Origin: Shigella phage ESH35
Direction: 5' to 3' (one strand)
Sequence record: ON528745
DNA length: 64,000 bases
Shown: one piece after another, positions 9,406 through 19,940 of the stretch
Layout of the letters: the number at the start of each line of letters is the position of its first letter
Numbering within the stretch: the stretch's first letter is position 1
Made by a program: the position numbers and the translations under genes
Notes under the pieces: generated by a model
What the model saw: the letters and a program-made list of their open reading frames with translations, nothing else
Database searches by the model: none
Told to the model about the DNA's origin: nothing

Positions 9406-9432
9406 TTAGCTTTATACGGAGTTTGATATAAT
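9406..9432 (+). promoter_or_regulatory. middle-promoter-like element for gene 47
   Basis: TTAGCTTTA (one mismatch to MotA box), 12 bp, then TATAAT. Confidence 0.45.
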
Positions 9433-9571
9433 GATATTTCTTGGATATGTGATACTTTTTCTTGCATTTTATCTATTCACTAGAGCATGCTGGATTGGGT
9501 TCTTTAGCACTCCAGATGGATTTATTTCAATAATTTTATTTTGCATTTCAATGACGGTTCTTGATATATGA
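9431..9571 (+). CDS. small membrane protein (46 aa), doubtful
   Basis: ATG ORF, two hydrophobic segments; start sits inside the putative -10. Confidence 0.25.
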   Translation: MIFLGYVILFLAFYLFTRACWIGFFSTPDGFISIILFCISMTVLDI

Positions 9572-10587
9572 AAATTTTAAATTTAGGTGATTGGCATTTA
9601 GGCGTTAAAGCCGATGATGAGTGGGTTCAATCCATTCAGTTAGATGGAATTAAACAAGCAATAGAATATTCTAAGAAAAATGGAATTACTACCTGGATTC
9701 AATATGGTGATATTTTTGATGTGCGAAAAGCAATCACACATAAAACTATGGAGTTCGCTCGTGAAATAGTTCAAATGCTTGATGATGCTGGTATTACCCT
9801 GCATACTGTTGTAGGAAACCATGATATGCACTTTAAAAATACTTTAACTCCAAATGCCTCTACTGAGCTTTTGGCTAAATATCCTAATGTTAAAGTATAT
9901 GATAAGCCTACTACAGTAGATTTTGACGGATGTTTAATTGATTTAATTCCTTGGATGTGTGAAGAAAATACTGGTGAAATTCTCGAGCACATAAAAACTT
10001 CTTCTGCTTCTTTTTGTGTTGGTCACTGGGAACTGAATGGATTTTATTTTTATAAAGGAATGAAATCTCACGGTCTTGAACCTGATTTCCTTAAGACTTA
10101 TAAAGAGGTGTGGTCTGGTCACTTCCATACTATTTCTGAGGCTGCAAACGTCAGATATATTGGGACACCATGGACACTAACTGCAGGTGACGAGAATGAC
10201 CCTCGTGGGTTCTGGATGTTTGATACAGAAACAGAACGAATGGAATTTATTCCAAACAACACTACCTGGCATCGTAGAATTCATTATCCATTTAAAGGAA
10301 AAATTGACTATAAAGATTTTACAAATCTATCAGTACGTGTTATAGTAACTGAAGTAGACAAAAATCTAACGAAGTTCGAATCTGAACTAGAAAAAGTTGT
10401 GCATTCGTTACGAGTTGTGTCAAAGATTGATAACTCTGTCGAGTCAGATGACAGTGAAGAAGTTGAAGTTCAATCTCTTCAGACGTTGATGGAAGAATAC
10501 ATTAATGCAATTCCAGACATCACTGATTCTGACCGCGAAGCACTTATTCAATATGCAAATCAGTTATATGTAGAGGCAACGCAATGA
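9568..10587 (+). CDS. 47: recombination endonuclease subunit (Mre11/SbcD-like)
   Basis: 339 aa; phosphoesterase motifs (GDWH, GNHD, GHFH). Confidence 0.92.
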   Translation: MKILNLGDWHLGVKADDEWVQSIQLDGIKQAIEYSKKNGITTWIQYGDIFDVRKAITHKTMEFAREIVQMLDDAGITLHTVVGNHDMHFKNTLTPNASTELLAKYPNVKVYDKPTTVDFDGCLIDLIPWMCEENTGEILEHIKTSSASFCVGHWELNGFYFYKGMKSHGLEPDFLKTYKEVWSGHFHTISEAANVRYIGTPWTLTAGDENDPRGFWMFDTETERMEFIPNNTTWHRRIHYPFKGKIDYKDFTNLSVRVIVTEVDKNLTKFESELEKVVHSLRVVSKIDNSVESDDSEEVEVQSLQTLMEEYINAIPDITDSDREALIQYANQLYVEATQ

Positions 10588-10847
10588 CTTTTGATGAATT
10601 TAAAAATGTTATGATGAGTCAGCATTTTGAATGCGAAGTAAAAGATGATATTGGTCATAAAGAAATTATTGAATATTGGTTTGAACCGTTAGAGGTTGAA
10701 GATAATTGTATTAAAAAGGTTACAGTCTGCACTGACTGGGCTGTATCTTTTAACTTCAACATTTTAGATAATGACACACCTAAATCATTACAAGATATGG
10801 CTGTATCTTGTATTAAGGATGCATACTGTGAAGTTTTCGACATTTGA
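10584..10847 (+). CDS. hypothetical acidic protein (87 aa)
   Basis: ATGA overlap with gene 47 stop. Confidence 0.45.
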   Translation: MTFDEFKNVMMSQHFECEVKDDIGHKEIIEYWFEPLEVEDNCIKKVTVCTDWAVSFNFNILDNDTPKSLQDMAVSCIKDAYCEVFDI

Positions 10848-11034
10848 CATTAATGATGAATTCATAGCAAACATTGATTATACCGAAGAAGATTCTAGAT
10901 ATGTTGGAATAATTTATATCACATCAAAAACAGCACAAGGCGTTGTTTGCATGGCTGAATTTGATGAATACTTTTTAGATTATGATGATATGATAGAATG
11001 GTCTAAAAGATACATTAAAAGGAATCTTTTGTGA
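10819..11034 (+). CDS. hypothetical acidic protein (about 71 aa)
   Basis: internal ATG of track ORF 10771..11034; overlaps gene 46 start. Confidence 0.4.
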   Translation: MHTVKFSTFDINDEFIANIDYTEEDSRYVGIIYITSKTAQGVVCMAEFDEYFLDYDDMIEWSKRYIKRNLL

Positions 11035-12719
11035 AGAATTTTAAACTAAACCGAGTTAGGTATCAAAATATAATGTCAGTAGGTGGAAATCCTATTGACA
11101 TTCAATTAGATAAGGTTCAAAAAACTCTTATTACTGGACGAAATGGCGGTGGTAAGTCTACTATGTTAGAAGCCATCACATTTGGGCTTTTTGGCAAGCC
11201 ATTTCGTGATGTAAAGAAAGGTCAATTAATAAACAGCACAAATAAGAAAGAACTTTTAGTTGAACTGTGGATGGAATATGATGAGAAAAAGTACTATATC
11301 AAAAGAGGACAAAAACCAAACGTTTTCGAAATCACCGTTAACGGTACACGTCTTAATGAATCTGCCAGCAGTAAAGATTTCCAAGCAGAATTTGAACAGC
11401 TTATCGGAATGTCATATGCCAGTTTCAAGCAGATTGTTGTCCTTGGTACAGCAGGGTATACCCCTTTCATGGGTTTGTCGACCCCTGCACGAAGAAAGCT
11501 TGTGGAAGACCTGCTTGAGGTAGGAACATTAGCTGAAATGGATAAGCTTAATAAAGCACTAATACGTGAATTAAATTCACAAAACCAAGTGCTTGATGTT
11601 AAAAAAGATAGTATTATCCAACAAATTAAAATATATAATGATAACGTTGAACGCCAGAAAAAATTAACTGGTGACAACCTTACTCGTCTTCAAAATATGT
11701 ATGATGATTTGGCAAAAGAAGCTAGAACGCTAAAATCAGAAATAGAAGAAGCTAATGAAAGATTAGTTAATATTGTTTTAGACGAAGACCCGACTGATGC
11801 ATTTAATAAAATCGGTCAAGAAGCAGTTTTAATTAAATCAAAAATTGACTCGTATAATAAAGTCATTAATATGTATCATGAAGGTGGATTATGTCCAACC
11901 TGCTTGTCACAATTAAGTTCCGGTGATAAAGTTGTTTCTAAAATTAAAGATAAAGTTTCTGAATGTACGCATTCGTTTGAACAGCTTTCAACACATCGTG
12001 ATAATTTAAAAGTTCTTGTTGATGAATACCGAGATAATATTAAAACCCAGCAGTCGTTGGCAAATGATATTCGCAATAAAAAGCAATCTCTAATCACGAC
12101 GGTAGATAAAGCTAAAAAAGTTAAAGCAGCTATAGAAAAAGCATCTTCTGAGTTTATTGACCATGCTGATGAAATAGCATTGCTTCAAGAAGAACTTGAT
12201 AAAATTGTTAAGACAAAAACTAATTTAGTAATGGAAAAATACCACCGAGGAATTTTGACTGATATGCTCAAAGATTCTGGTATTAAAGGTGCTATTATTA
12301 AAAAGTACATTCCATTATTTAATAAGCAGATTAACCATTATCTTAAAATAATGGAAGCGGATTATGTGTTTACATTAGATGAAGAATTTAATGAGACAAT
12401 TAAATCCCGTGGTCGTGAAGATTTTAGTTATGCTTCATTCAGTCAAGGTGAAAAAGCGCGAATTGATATTGCTCTTTTATTTACTTGGCGTGATATTGCT
12501 GAAAAAGTTTCAGGTGTTAAAATAAGTTGTTTATTTCTTGATGAAGTGTATGACGGTGCATTTGATGCTGAAGGCATTAAAAATGTAGCTAAAATTTTAG
12601 ATGGTTTGAAGGATACCAACTTCTTCATAATTTCGCATAAAGACCATGATCCGCAGGATTATGGACAGCATATTAAAATGGAAAAAGTTGGTAGATTTAG
12701 TGTTGCCACTATTAATTAA
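11031..12719 (+). CDS. 46: recombination endonuclease subunit (Rad50/SbcC-like ATPase)
   Basis: 562 aa, GTG start; Walker A GRNGGGKST, CPTC zinc hook, long coiled coil, C-terminal Walker B. Confidence 0.92.
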   Translation: MKNFKLNRVRYQNIMSVGGNPIDIQLDKVQKTLITGRNGGGKSTMLEAITFGLFGKPFRDVKKGQLINSTNKKELLVELWMEYDEKKYYIKRGQKPNVFEITVNGTRLNESASSKDFQAEFEQLIGMSYASFKQIVVLGTAGYTPFMGLSTPARRKLVEDLLEVGTLAEMDKLNKALIRELNSQNQVLDVKKDSIIQQIKIYNDNVERQKKLTGDNLTRLQNMYDDLAKEARTLKSEIEEANERLVNIVLDEDPTDAFNKIGQEAVLIKSKIDSYNKVINMYHEGGLCPTCLSQLSSGDKVVSKIKDKVSECTHSFEQLSTHRDNLKVLVDEYRDNIKTQQSLANDIRNKKQSLITTVDKAKKVKAAIEKASSEFIDHADEIALLQEELDKIVKTKTNLVMEKYHRGILTDMLKDSGIKGAIIKKYIPLFNKQINHYLKIMEADYVFTLDEEFNETIKSRGREDFSYASFSQGEKARIDIALLFTWRDIAEKVSGVKISCLFLDEVYDGAFDAEGIKNVAKILDGLKDTNFFIISHKDHDPQDYGQHIKMEKVGRFSVATIN

Positions 12720-13429
12720 TGTTTGTGCTTACAGTTATCATTATGCCACCTTGATAAATTTCCGAAAGTGGTAACTTTACCACAATGGACGCAAGTACCA
12801 GTCTTTTCAGTTTTCTTGCGTCCATTTGGATTTTTCTTGCAGAAATTTCTATGCGCTGCGATAACGCATTTCTTGCCTATCATTCCGCAGAATTCGCAGG
12901 ATGTTTCTTCAAGAATGATTGCTTTAAGCCCGTTTGAGATATTATTTCTGTGTTCTTTAGACATCGGTGGTCTAACTTTAGGATTAGGGTGATTCGGGCA
13001 GTTATCAAAATGCCATCGATTCATATTCCCGCTTAATCCGGACTTACCGCAATGTGGACAAGTTAGTCTTGCTTTATTAGCTACTGCATCAGACATTTTC
13101 TTTCGTGTCTCCTGGGAGAATTCTTTATTCTTTTCTATTTCCCAGAGTTTACGACGAATCCAACCGAAAGTTTTATTGTTACGTTTAGCGTATTTCGTGG
13201 AAACTGTCATCATGTTAGCAGCATAGACTAATTTTGGTTCAGAAGGATAAATTTTTACTAAAAGTTGATGAGCTACATAGTGCTCTTCCGGTGTTAAATC
13301 TACTAAGTTTGAAGCATCATCGCTGCCATTTAAACAGCGTGGTATAATGTGATGAGATTCAGTATAGCAATCAAGTTTTCGAGATTTAGCATTAGAGATT
13401 AACTTTTCATAAATTAGTTTATAATTCAT
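12716..13429 (-). mobile_element. free-standing HNH homing endonuclease with three C-x2-C...H...C zinc-knuckle repeats
   Basis: N-terminal HNH motif (SHHIIPR...NLVDLTPEEH); antisense to neighbours; 4-bp tail-to-tail overlap with gene 46. Confidence 0.75.
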
Positions 13430-13462
13430 AACATATCCTTTTGATACAGCGAGTGATAAACA

Positions 13463-13470
13463 TATTTATA
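13463..13470 (-). promoter_or_regulatory. late promoter TATAAATA for the HNH gene
   Basis: exact TATAAATA on - strand about 35 nt upstream of start; AAGGA SD at 6 nt spacing. Confidence 0.55.
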
Positions 13471-13480
13471 CGGAGGAACT

Positions 13481-13672
13481 GTGGCAGAATATTCAACTGG
13501 ACAGCATCTATTAACTTTTCCTGAAATAAAACGATATATTCTGAGAAATAATTTTTCTAATGAAGAGCATATAGTTACTGAATCTATGCTTAGGAATGCA
13601 TTTAAAGCAGAATATACAAAAATAATGTCCAATAGAAATGAAGCTTGGACTGTTACTGATTATTATGACTAA
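13481..13672 (+). CDS. hypothetical protein (63 aa)
   Basis: GTG start with GGAGG upstream. Confidence 0.4.
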   Translation: MAEYSTGQHLLTFPEIKRYILRNNFSNEEHIVTESMLRNAFKAEYTKIMSNRNEAWTVTDYYD

Positions 13673-13681
13673 AGGTGTATT

Positions 13682-14071
13682 ATGACTAAAATTACTGTGA
13701 ATTATACTGTTGATGTAAAAGATATTCAGCCAAAACACGTGCGTTCTGAATCAAATCCACAAAACCAAAATAAAATTCGTCGAGCATGGGTTTTGTCTCT
13801 TTCTGATAACGCAATGGAAGTTATTCAGAACAAAATTAAATCTGCACCTGCTCGTCATGCGTATTATGAAGCTATCGATCGTGAAGTAAGTAATAAATGG
13901 ATTGAACTAATGCGCAAACATACTACAGAATCCCTAAACGCCGGTGCTAAATTTATTATGACTTCATGCGGTGAACGTCTTGAAGATGAATATTGCGGCA
14001 ATGCAGATGAACGTCTGATTGTTGCTGCTCAAATTGTTGCCGAAACAATCGCAGCTGATTTTAATCGTTAA
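13682..14071 (+). CDS. rpbA: RNA-polymerase-binding protein RpbA-like (by size and position)
   Basis: 129 aa, between genes 46 and 45 as in T4. Confidence 0.5.
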   Translation: MTKITVNYTVDVKDIQPKHVRSESNPQNQNKIRRAWVLSLSDNAMEVIQNKIKSAPARHAYYEAIDREVSNKWIELMRKHTTESLNAGAKFIMTSCGERLEDEYCGNADERLIVAAQIVAETIAADFNR

Positions 14072-14126
14072 TTGCTTTATTAAATTAGTTATAAAATTAA
14101 ATCTCATTTGAATTGAAGGAAATTAC

Positions 14127-14813
14127 ATGAAACTGTCTAAAGATACTACTGCTCTGCTTAAAAATTTCGCTACTATTAACTCTGGTATTATGCTTAAATC
14201 AGGTCAATTTATTATGACTCGTGCGGTTAATGGTACAACTTATGCGGAAGCAAATATTTCTGACGTTATTGATTTTGATGTAGCAATTTACGATTTGAAC
14301 GGTTTTCTCGGTATTCTGTCTCTAGTTAATGATGATGCAGAAATTTCCCAGTCAGAAGATGGAAATATTAAAATTGCTGATGCCCGCTCAACAATTTTTT
14401 GGCCAGCAGCCGATCCGAGTACAGTAGTTGCTCCTAATAAACCAATTCCATTCCCGGTAGCATCTGTTGTTACTGAAATTAAAGCTGAAGACCTTCAACA
14501 GCTGTTGCGTGTATCTCGTGGTCTGCAGATTGATACAATTGCTATCACGGTAAAAGAAGGTAAAATCGTAATTAACGGTTTTAATAAAGTAGAAGATTCT
14601 GCTCTTACCCGTGTTAAATATTCTTTGACTCTTGGTGATTATGATGGTGAAAATACATTTAATTTCATTATCAATATGGCAAATATGAAAATGCAACCAG
14701 GAAATTATAAACTTCTGCTCTGGGCAAAAGGTAAACAAGGCGCTGCTAAATTTGAAGGTGAACACGCGAATTATGTAGTAGCTCTTGAAGCTGATTCTAC
14801 CCACGATTTTTAA
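14127..14813 (+). CDS. 45: sliding clamp
   Basis: 228 aa; position in the 45-44-62 operon. Confidence 0.92.
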   Translation: MKLSKDTTALLKNFATINSGIMLKSGQFIMTRAVNGTTYAEANISDVIDFDVAIYDLNGFLGILSLVNDDAEISQSEDGNIKIADARSTIFWPAADPSTVVAPNKPIPFPVASVVTEIKAEDLQQLLRVSRGLQIDTIAITVKEGKIVINGFNKVEDSALTRVKYSLTLGDYDGENTFNFIINMANMKMQPGNYKLLLWAKGKQGAAKFEGEHANYVVALEADSTHDF

Positions 14814-14816
14814 TAG

Positions 14817-14832
14817 AGGGCTTCGGCCCTTT
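14817..14832 (+). terminator. UUCG-tetraloop hairpin after gene 45
   Basis: AGGGC-ttcg-GCCCT then TTT. Confidence 0.5.
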
Positions 14833-14864
14833 ATAATTTACACTAAAACTTGAATGAGGAAATT

Positions 14865-15824
14865 ATGATTACCGTAAATGAAAAAGAACACATTCTTGAA
14901 CAGAAATATCGTCCATCTACTATCGATGAATGTATTCTTCCCGCCTTTGATAAAGAAACCTTTAAATCTATTACAAGTAAAGGTAAGATTCCACATATTA
15001 TTCTTCATTCTCCTTCTCCAGGAACAGGTAAAACAACTGTAGCAAAAGCATTGTGTCATGATGTAAATGCTGATATGATGTTTGTGAATGGGTCAGATTG
15101 TAAAATTGATTTCGTTCGTGGTCCTTTGACTAATTTTGCCAGCGCCGCTTCATTTGATGGTCGTCAAAAAGTAATCGTTATTGATGAATTTGACCGTTCA
15201 GGGTTAGCAGAGTCTCAGCGACATCTTCGTTCCTTTATGGAAGCTTATAGTTCAAACTGCAGTATTATTATTACTGCTAACAATATTGATGGTATTATTA
15301 AACCGCTTCAGTCACGCTGTCGAGTTATTACATTCGGTCAACCAACTGATGAAGATAAAATTGAAATGATGAAGCAGATGATTCGTCGATTAACTGAAAT
15401 CTGCAAGCATGAAGGAATTGCTATAGCTGATATGAAAGTTGTAGCAGCTTTGGTTAAAAAGAATTTTCCTGATTTTCGTAAAACTATTGGTGAGCTCGAT
15501 AGTTATTCATCTAAAGGTGTTTTGGATGCTGGTATTTTATCACTGGTTACTAACGATCGTGGTGCTATTGATGATGTTCTTGAATCTCTCAAAAATAAAG
15601 ATGTTAAACAGCTCAGAGCTTTAGCGCCAAAATATGCAGCTGATTATTCGTGGTTCGTAGGTAAACTTGCCGAAGAAATCTATACACGCGTAACTCCACA
15701 AAGTATTATTCGTATGTATGAAATTGTTGGTGAAAATAACCAGTATCACGGAATTGCGGCTAATACTGAATTACATTTAGCATATCTTTTCATTCAATTA
15801 GCATGCGAAATGCAGTGGAAGTGA
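14865..15824 (+). CDS. 44: clamp loader large subunit (AAA+)
   Basis: 319 aa from internal ATG; Walker A GTGKTT; matches recalled T4 gp44. Confidence 0.92.
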   Translation: MITVNEKEHILEQKYRPSTIDECILPAFDKETFKSITSKGKIPHIILHSPSPGTGKTTVAKALCHDVNADMMFVNGSDCKIDFVRGPLTNFASAASFDGRQKVIVIDEFDRSGLAESQRHLRSFMEAYSSNCSIIITANNIDGIIKPLQSRCRVITFGQPTDEDKIEMMKQMIRRLTEICKHEGIAIADMKVVAALVKKNFPDFRKTIGELDSYSSKGVLDAGILSLVTNDRGAIDDVLESLKNKDVKQLRALAPKYAADYSWFVGKLAEEIYTRVTPQSIIRMYEIVGENNQYHGIAANTELHLAYLFIQLACEMQWK

Positions 15825-15825
15825 T

Positions 15826-16389
15826 ATGAGCTTATTTGAAGATGATATTCAATTAAACGAGCATCAAGTTGCTTGGTATTCAAAAGATTGGACAGCTGTC
15901 CAATCTGCTGCTGATTCTTTTAAGGAAAAAGCTGAAAATGAATTTTTTGAAATAATTGGAGCTATTAATAATAAAACTAAATGCTCTATTGCTCAAAAAG
16001 ATTATTCAAAATACATGGTTGAGAATGCATTATCACAATTTCCTGAATGCATGCCAGCTGTATATGCTATGAATTTAATTGGATCAGGTTTAAGCGATGA
16101 AGCCCATTTTAATTATCTGATGGCTGCTGTTCCTCGTGGTAAAAGATATGGTAAATGGGCAAAACTGGTCGAAGATTCTACTGAAGTATTGATTATTAAG
16201 TTGCTTGCTAAGCGATATCAAGTTAATACAAATGATGCAATTAACTATAAATCAATTCTTACTAAAAATGGAAAACTTCCTTTAGTATTAAAAGAACTAA
16301 AAGGTTTAGTCACGGATGATTTTTTAAAAGAAGTGACTAAGAATGTAAAAGAACAGAAACAACTCAAAAAACTAGCATTGGAATGGTAA
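15826..16389 (+). CDS. 62: clamp loader small subunit
   Basis: 187 aa, immediately after gene 44. Confidence 0.85.
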   Translation: MSLFEDDIQLNEHQVAWYSKDWTAVQSAADSFKEKAENEFFEIIGAINNKTKCSIAQKDYSKYMVENALSQFPECMPAVYAMNLIGSGLSDEAHFNYLMAAVPRGKRYGKWAKLVEDSTEVLIIKLLAKRYQVNTNDAINYKSILTKNGKLPLVLKELKGLVTDDFLKEVTKNVKEQKQLKKLALEW

Positions 16390-16390
16390 A

Positions 16391-16759
16391 ATGATTGAAA
16401 TTACTCTTAAAAAACCTGAAGATTTTCTGAAAGTAAAAGAAACTTTGACTCGTATGGGAATTGCTAATAATAAAGATAAAGTTCTGTATCAGTCCTGCCA
16501 CATTCTTCAGAAAAAAGGACTATACTATATCGTCCATTTTAAAGAAATGCTTCGTATGGATGGTCGTCAGGTTGAAATGACAGAAGAAGATGAAGTTCGT
16601 CGTGATTCGATTGCGTGGCTGTTAGAAGATTGGGGATTGATTGAAATCGTTCCTGGTCAAAGAACTTTTATGAAAGATTTAACCAATAACTTCCGAGTTA
16701 TTTCTTTTAAACAAAAACATGAATGGAAACTTGTTCCTAAATATACGATTGGTAATTAA
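16391..16759 (+). CDS. regA: translational repressor RegA
   Basis: 122 aa, position between 62 and 43. Confidence 0.85.
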   Translation: MIEITLKKPEDFLKVKETLTRMGIANNKDKVLYQSCHILQKKGLYYIVHFKEMLRMDGRQVEMTEEDEVRRDSIAWLLEDWGLIEIVPGQRTFMKDLTNNFRVISFKQKHEWKLVPKYTIGN

Positions 16760-16760
16760 T

Positions 16761-16982
16761 ATGACTGCTATAATTCCGCAAGAATACATGGCGTCTCTTA
16801 AAGAAAAATATAATCTTTCTGCAACAGAAACACTTTTTGATTTACCAGAAAACCTCCAACTAAAATTTCAGGTAGAATTTCAAAAATTAGTTCACCCAGA
16901 ACAAAAACACTTTACCGCAGTGGTTAAGTCAATTAATGCAGATGGATTAACAATTTTTCACCGACAACTGGTATTAATTTAA
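16761..16982 (+). CDS. hypothetical protein (73 aa)
   Basis: internal ATG of track ORF 16719..16982. Confidence 0.4.
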   Translation: MTAIIPQEYMASLKEKYNLSATETLFDLPENLQLKFQVEFQKLVHPEQKHFTAVVKSINADGLTIFHRQLVLI

Positions 16983-16986
16983 GCAA

Positions 16987-17006
16987 GGGGCTTCGGCCCC
17001 TTATTT
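16987..17006 (+). terminator. UUCG-tetraloop terminator
   Basis: GGGGC-ttcg-GCCCC then TTATTT. Confidence 0.6.
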
Positions 17007-17023
17007 GGAGTATAATATATCAA

Positions 17024-17060
17024 GAGCCTAATAACTCGGGCTATAAACTAAGGAATATCT
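17024..17060 (+). promoter_or_regulatory. gene 43 translational operator hairpin plus RBS
   Basis: AGCC-loop-GGCT hairpin then AAGGAA and ATG, matching the recalled T4 gp43 autoregulatory site. Confidence 0.55.
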
Positions 17061-19757
17061 ATGAAAGAATTTTATATCTCTATCGAAACAGTCGGAAATA
17101 ATATTGTTGAACGTTATATTGATGAAAATGGAAAGGAACGTACCCGTGAAGTAGAATATCTTCCGACTATGTTTAGGCATTGTAAGGAAGAGTCAAAATA
17201 CAAAGACATTTATGGTAAAAATTGTGCTCCTCAAAAATTTCCATCAATGAAAGATGCACGAGACTGGATGAAACGAATGGAAGACATTGGTCTCGAAGCT
17301 CTCGGTATGAACGATTTTAAACTCGCTTATATCAGTGATACATATGGTTCAGAAATTGTTTATGACCGAAAATTTGTTCGTGTAGCTAACTGTGACATTG
17401 AGGTTACTGGTGATAAATTTCCTGACCCAATGAAAGCAGAATATGAAATTGATGCTATCACTCATTATGATTCAATTGACGATCGTTTTTACGTCTTTGA
17501 TTTGTTGAATTCAATGTACGGTTCAGTATCAAAATGGGATGCAAAGTTAGCTGCTAAGCTTGACTGTGAAGGTGGTGATGAAGTTCCTCAAGAAATTCTT
17601 GACCGAGTAATTTATATGCCATTTGATAATGAGCGTGATATGCTCATGGAATATATTAATCTCTGGGAACAGAAACGACCTGCTATTTTTACCGGTTGGA
17701 ATATTGAGGGATTTGACGTTCCGTATATCATGAATCGTGTTAAAATGGTTCTCGGTGAACGTAGTATGAAACGCTTCTCTCCAATCGGTCGAGTAAAATC
17801 TAAACTAATTCAAAATATGTACGGTAGCAAAGAAATTTATTCTATTGATGGCGTATCTATTCTTGATTATTTAGATTTATACAAGAAGTTCGCATTTACT
17901 AATTTGCCATCGTTCTCTTTGGAATCAGTTGCTCAACATGAAACCAAAAAAGGTAAATTGCCGTACGATGGTCCTATTAATAAACTTCGTGAGACTAATC
18001 ATCAACGATACATTAGTTATAACATCATTGACGTAGAATCAGTTCAAGCAATTGATAAAATTCGTGGGTTTATCGATCTAGTTTTAAGTATGTCTTATTA
18101 CGCTAAAATGCCTTTTTCTGGTGTAATGAGTCCTATTAAAACTTGGGATGCTATTATTTTTAACTCACTGAAAGGTGAACATAAGGTTATTCCTCAACAA
18201 GGTTCGCACGTTAAACAGAGTTTTCCAGGTGCATTTGTGTTTGAACCTAAACCGATTGCTCGTCGATACATTATGAGTTTTGACTTGACGTCTCTGTATC
18301 CTAGCATTATTCGTCAGGTTAACATTAGTCCTGAGACTATTCGTGGGCAGTTTAAAGTTCATCCAATTCATGAATATATCGCAGGAACAGCTCCTAAGCC
18401 AAGTGATGAATATTCTTGCTCTCCGAATGGATGGATGTATGATAAGCACCAAGAAGGTATCATTCCAAAGGAAATCGCTAAAGTATTTTTCCAGCGTAAA
18501 GATTGGAAAAAGAAAATGTTCGCGGAAGAAATGAATGCCGAAGCTATTAAAAAGATTATTATGAAAGGTGCAGGGTCTTGCTCAACTAAACCAGAAGTTG
18601 AACGATATGTTAAGTTCAATGATGATTTCTTAAACGAATTATCGAATTACACTGAATCTGTTCTTAATAGTCTGATTGAAGAATGTGAAAAAGCTGCTAC
18701 ACTCGCTAACACAAATCAGCTGAACCGTAAAATTCTTATTAACAGTCTTTATGGTGCTCTTGGTAATATTCATTTCCGCTACTATGATTTGCGAAATGCT
18801 ACTGCTATCACAATTTTCGGTCAAGTCGGTATTCAGTGGATTGCTCGTAAAATTAATGAGTATCTAAATAAAGTATGTGGAACTAATGGTGAAGATTTCA
18901 TCGCAGCAGGTGATACTGATTCGGTATATGTTTGTGTAGATAAAGTTATTGAAAAAGTAGGTCTTGACCGCTTTAAAGAACAAAATGATTTAGTTGAATT
19001 CATGAATCAGTTCGGTAAGAAAAAGATGGAACCTATGATTGATGTTGCATATCGTGAGTTATGTGATTATATGAATAATCGCGAGCATCTGATGCATATG
19101 GACCGTGAAGCTATTTCTTGTCCTCCGCTTGGTTCAAAGGGTGTTGGTGGATTTTGGAAAGCGAAAAAACGTTATGCTCTGAACGTTTATGATATGGAAG
19201 ATAAGCGATTTGCTGAACCACATCTAAAAATCATGGGTATGGAAACTCAGCAGAGTTCAACACCAAAAGCAGTACAAGAAGCTCTCGAAGAAAGTATTCG
19301 TCGTATTCTTCAAGAAGGTGAAGAGTCTGTCCAAGAATATTACAAGAACTTCGAGAAAGAATATCGTCAACTTGACTATAAAGTTATTGCTGAAGTAAAA
19401 ACTGCGAACGATATAGCGAAATATGATGATAAAGGTTGGCCAGGATTTAAATGCCCGTTCCATATTCGTGGTGTGCTAACTTATCGTCGAGCTGTTAGCG
19501 GTTTAGGTGTAGCTCCAATTTTGGATGGAAATAAAGTAATGGTTCTTCCATTGCGTGAAGGAAATCCATTTGGTGACAAATGCATTGCTTGGCCGTCGGG
19601 TACAGAACTTCCAAAAGAAATTCGTTCTGACGTACTGTCTTGGATTGACTACTCAACTTTGTTCCAAAAATCGTTTGTTAAACCGCTTGCGGGCATGTGT
19701 GAATCGGCTGGTATGGACTATGAAGAAAAAGCTTCGTTAGACTTCCTGTTTGGCTGA
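17061..19757 (+). CDS. 43: DNA polymerase (family B)
   Basis: 898 aa; exonuclease and polymerase motifs (DIE, SLYPSII, DTDS). Confidence 0.97.
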   Translation: MKEFYISIETVGNNIVERYIDENGKERTREVEYLPTMFRHCKEESKYKDIYGKNCAPQKFPSMKDARDWMKRMEDIGLEALGMNDFKLAYISDTYGSEIVYDRKFVRVANCDIEVTGDKFPDPMKAEYEIDAITHYDSIDDRFYVFDLLNSMYGSVSKWDAKLAAKLDCEGGDEVPQEILDRVIYMPFDNERDMLMEYINLWEQKRPAIFTGWNIEGFDVPYIMNRVKMVLGERSMKRFSPIGRVKSKLIQNMYGSKEIYSIDGVSILDYLDLYKKFAFTNLPSFSLESVAQHETKKGKLPYDGPINKLRETNHQRYISYNIIDVESVQAIDKIRGFIDLVLSMSYYAKMPFSGVMSPIKTWDAIIFNSLKGEHKVIPQQGSHVKQSFPGAFVFEPKPIARRYIMSFDLTSLYPSIIRQVNISPETIRGQFKVHPIHEYIAGTAPKPSDEYSCSPNGWMYDKHQEGIIPKEIAKVFFQRKDWKKKMFAEEMNAEAIKKIIMKGAGSCSTKPEVERYVKFNDDFLNELSNYTESVLNSLIEECEKAATLANTNQLNRKILINSLYGALGNIHFRYYDLRNATAITIFGQVGIQWIARKINEYLNKVCGTNGEDFIAAGDTDSVYVCVDKVIEKVGLDRFKEQNDLVEFMNQFGKKKMEPMIDVAYRELCDYMNNREHLMHMDREAISCPPLGSKGVGGFWKAKKRYALNVYDMEDKRFAEPHLKIMGMETQQSSTPKAVQEALEESIRRILQEGEESVQEYYKNFEKEYRQLDYKVIAEVKTANDIAKYDDKGWPGFKCPFHIRGVLTYRRAVSGLGVAPILDGNKVMVLPLREGNPFGDKCIAWPSGTELPKEIRSDVLSWIDYSTLFQKSFVKPLAGMCESAGMDYEEKASLDFLFG

Positions 19758-19770
19758 TAGAATAAATCTA

Positions 19771-19791
19771 GGGACCTCCGGGTCCCTTTTT
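19771..19791 (+). terminator. rho-independent terminator after gene 43
   Basis: GGGACC-tccg-GGTCCC then TTTTT. Confidence 0.7.
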
Positions 19792-19874
19792 CATACAAGT
19801 AATATAAATCTATACTTATGAAAAACAGATGATTCTGGACCTTTAGAATTCCCTAAAAAATTTTCACAAAACTG

Positions 19875-19903
19875 TTTACAAGACTGTTCTTCTGTGGTAC
19901 TAT
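19875..19903 (+). promoter_or_regulatory. T4-type early promoter with conserved leader
   Basis: TTTACA, 17 bp, TGgTACTAT; leader shared with copies at 38436 and 48910. Confidence 0.6.
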
Positions 19904-19940
19904 ACAACTATCAACTACTGATACAGATTTGGAGAATAAA

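Noticed and set aside
11294-11677. 127-aa minus-strand ORF
   Set aside because: Antisense within gene 46 (Rad50-like); frame artefact of AT-rich coding sequence.
14388-14804. 138-aa minus-strand ORF
   Set aside because: Antisense within the sliding clamp gene 45; no start context.
18165-18619. Two minus-strand ORFs of 95 and 83 aa, plus a + strand alternative-frame ORF
   Set aside because: All inside DNA polymerase gene 43.
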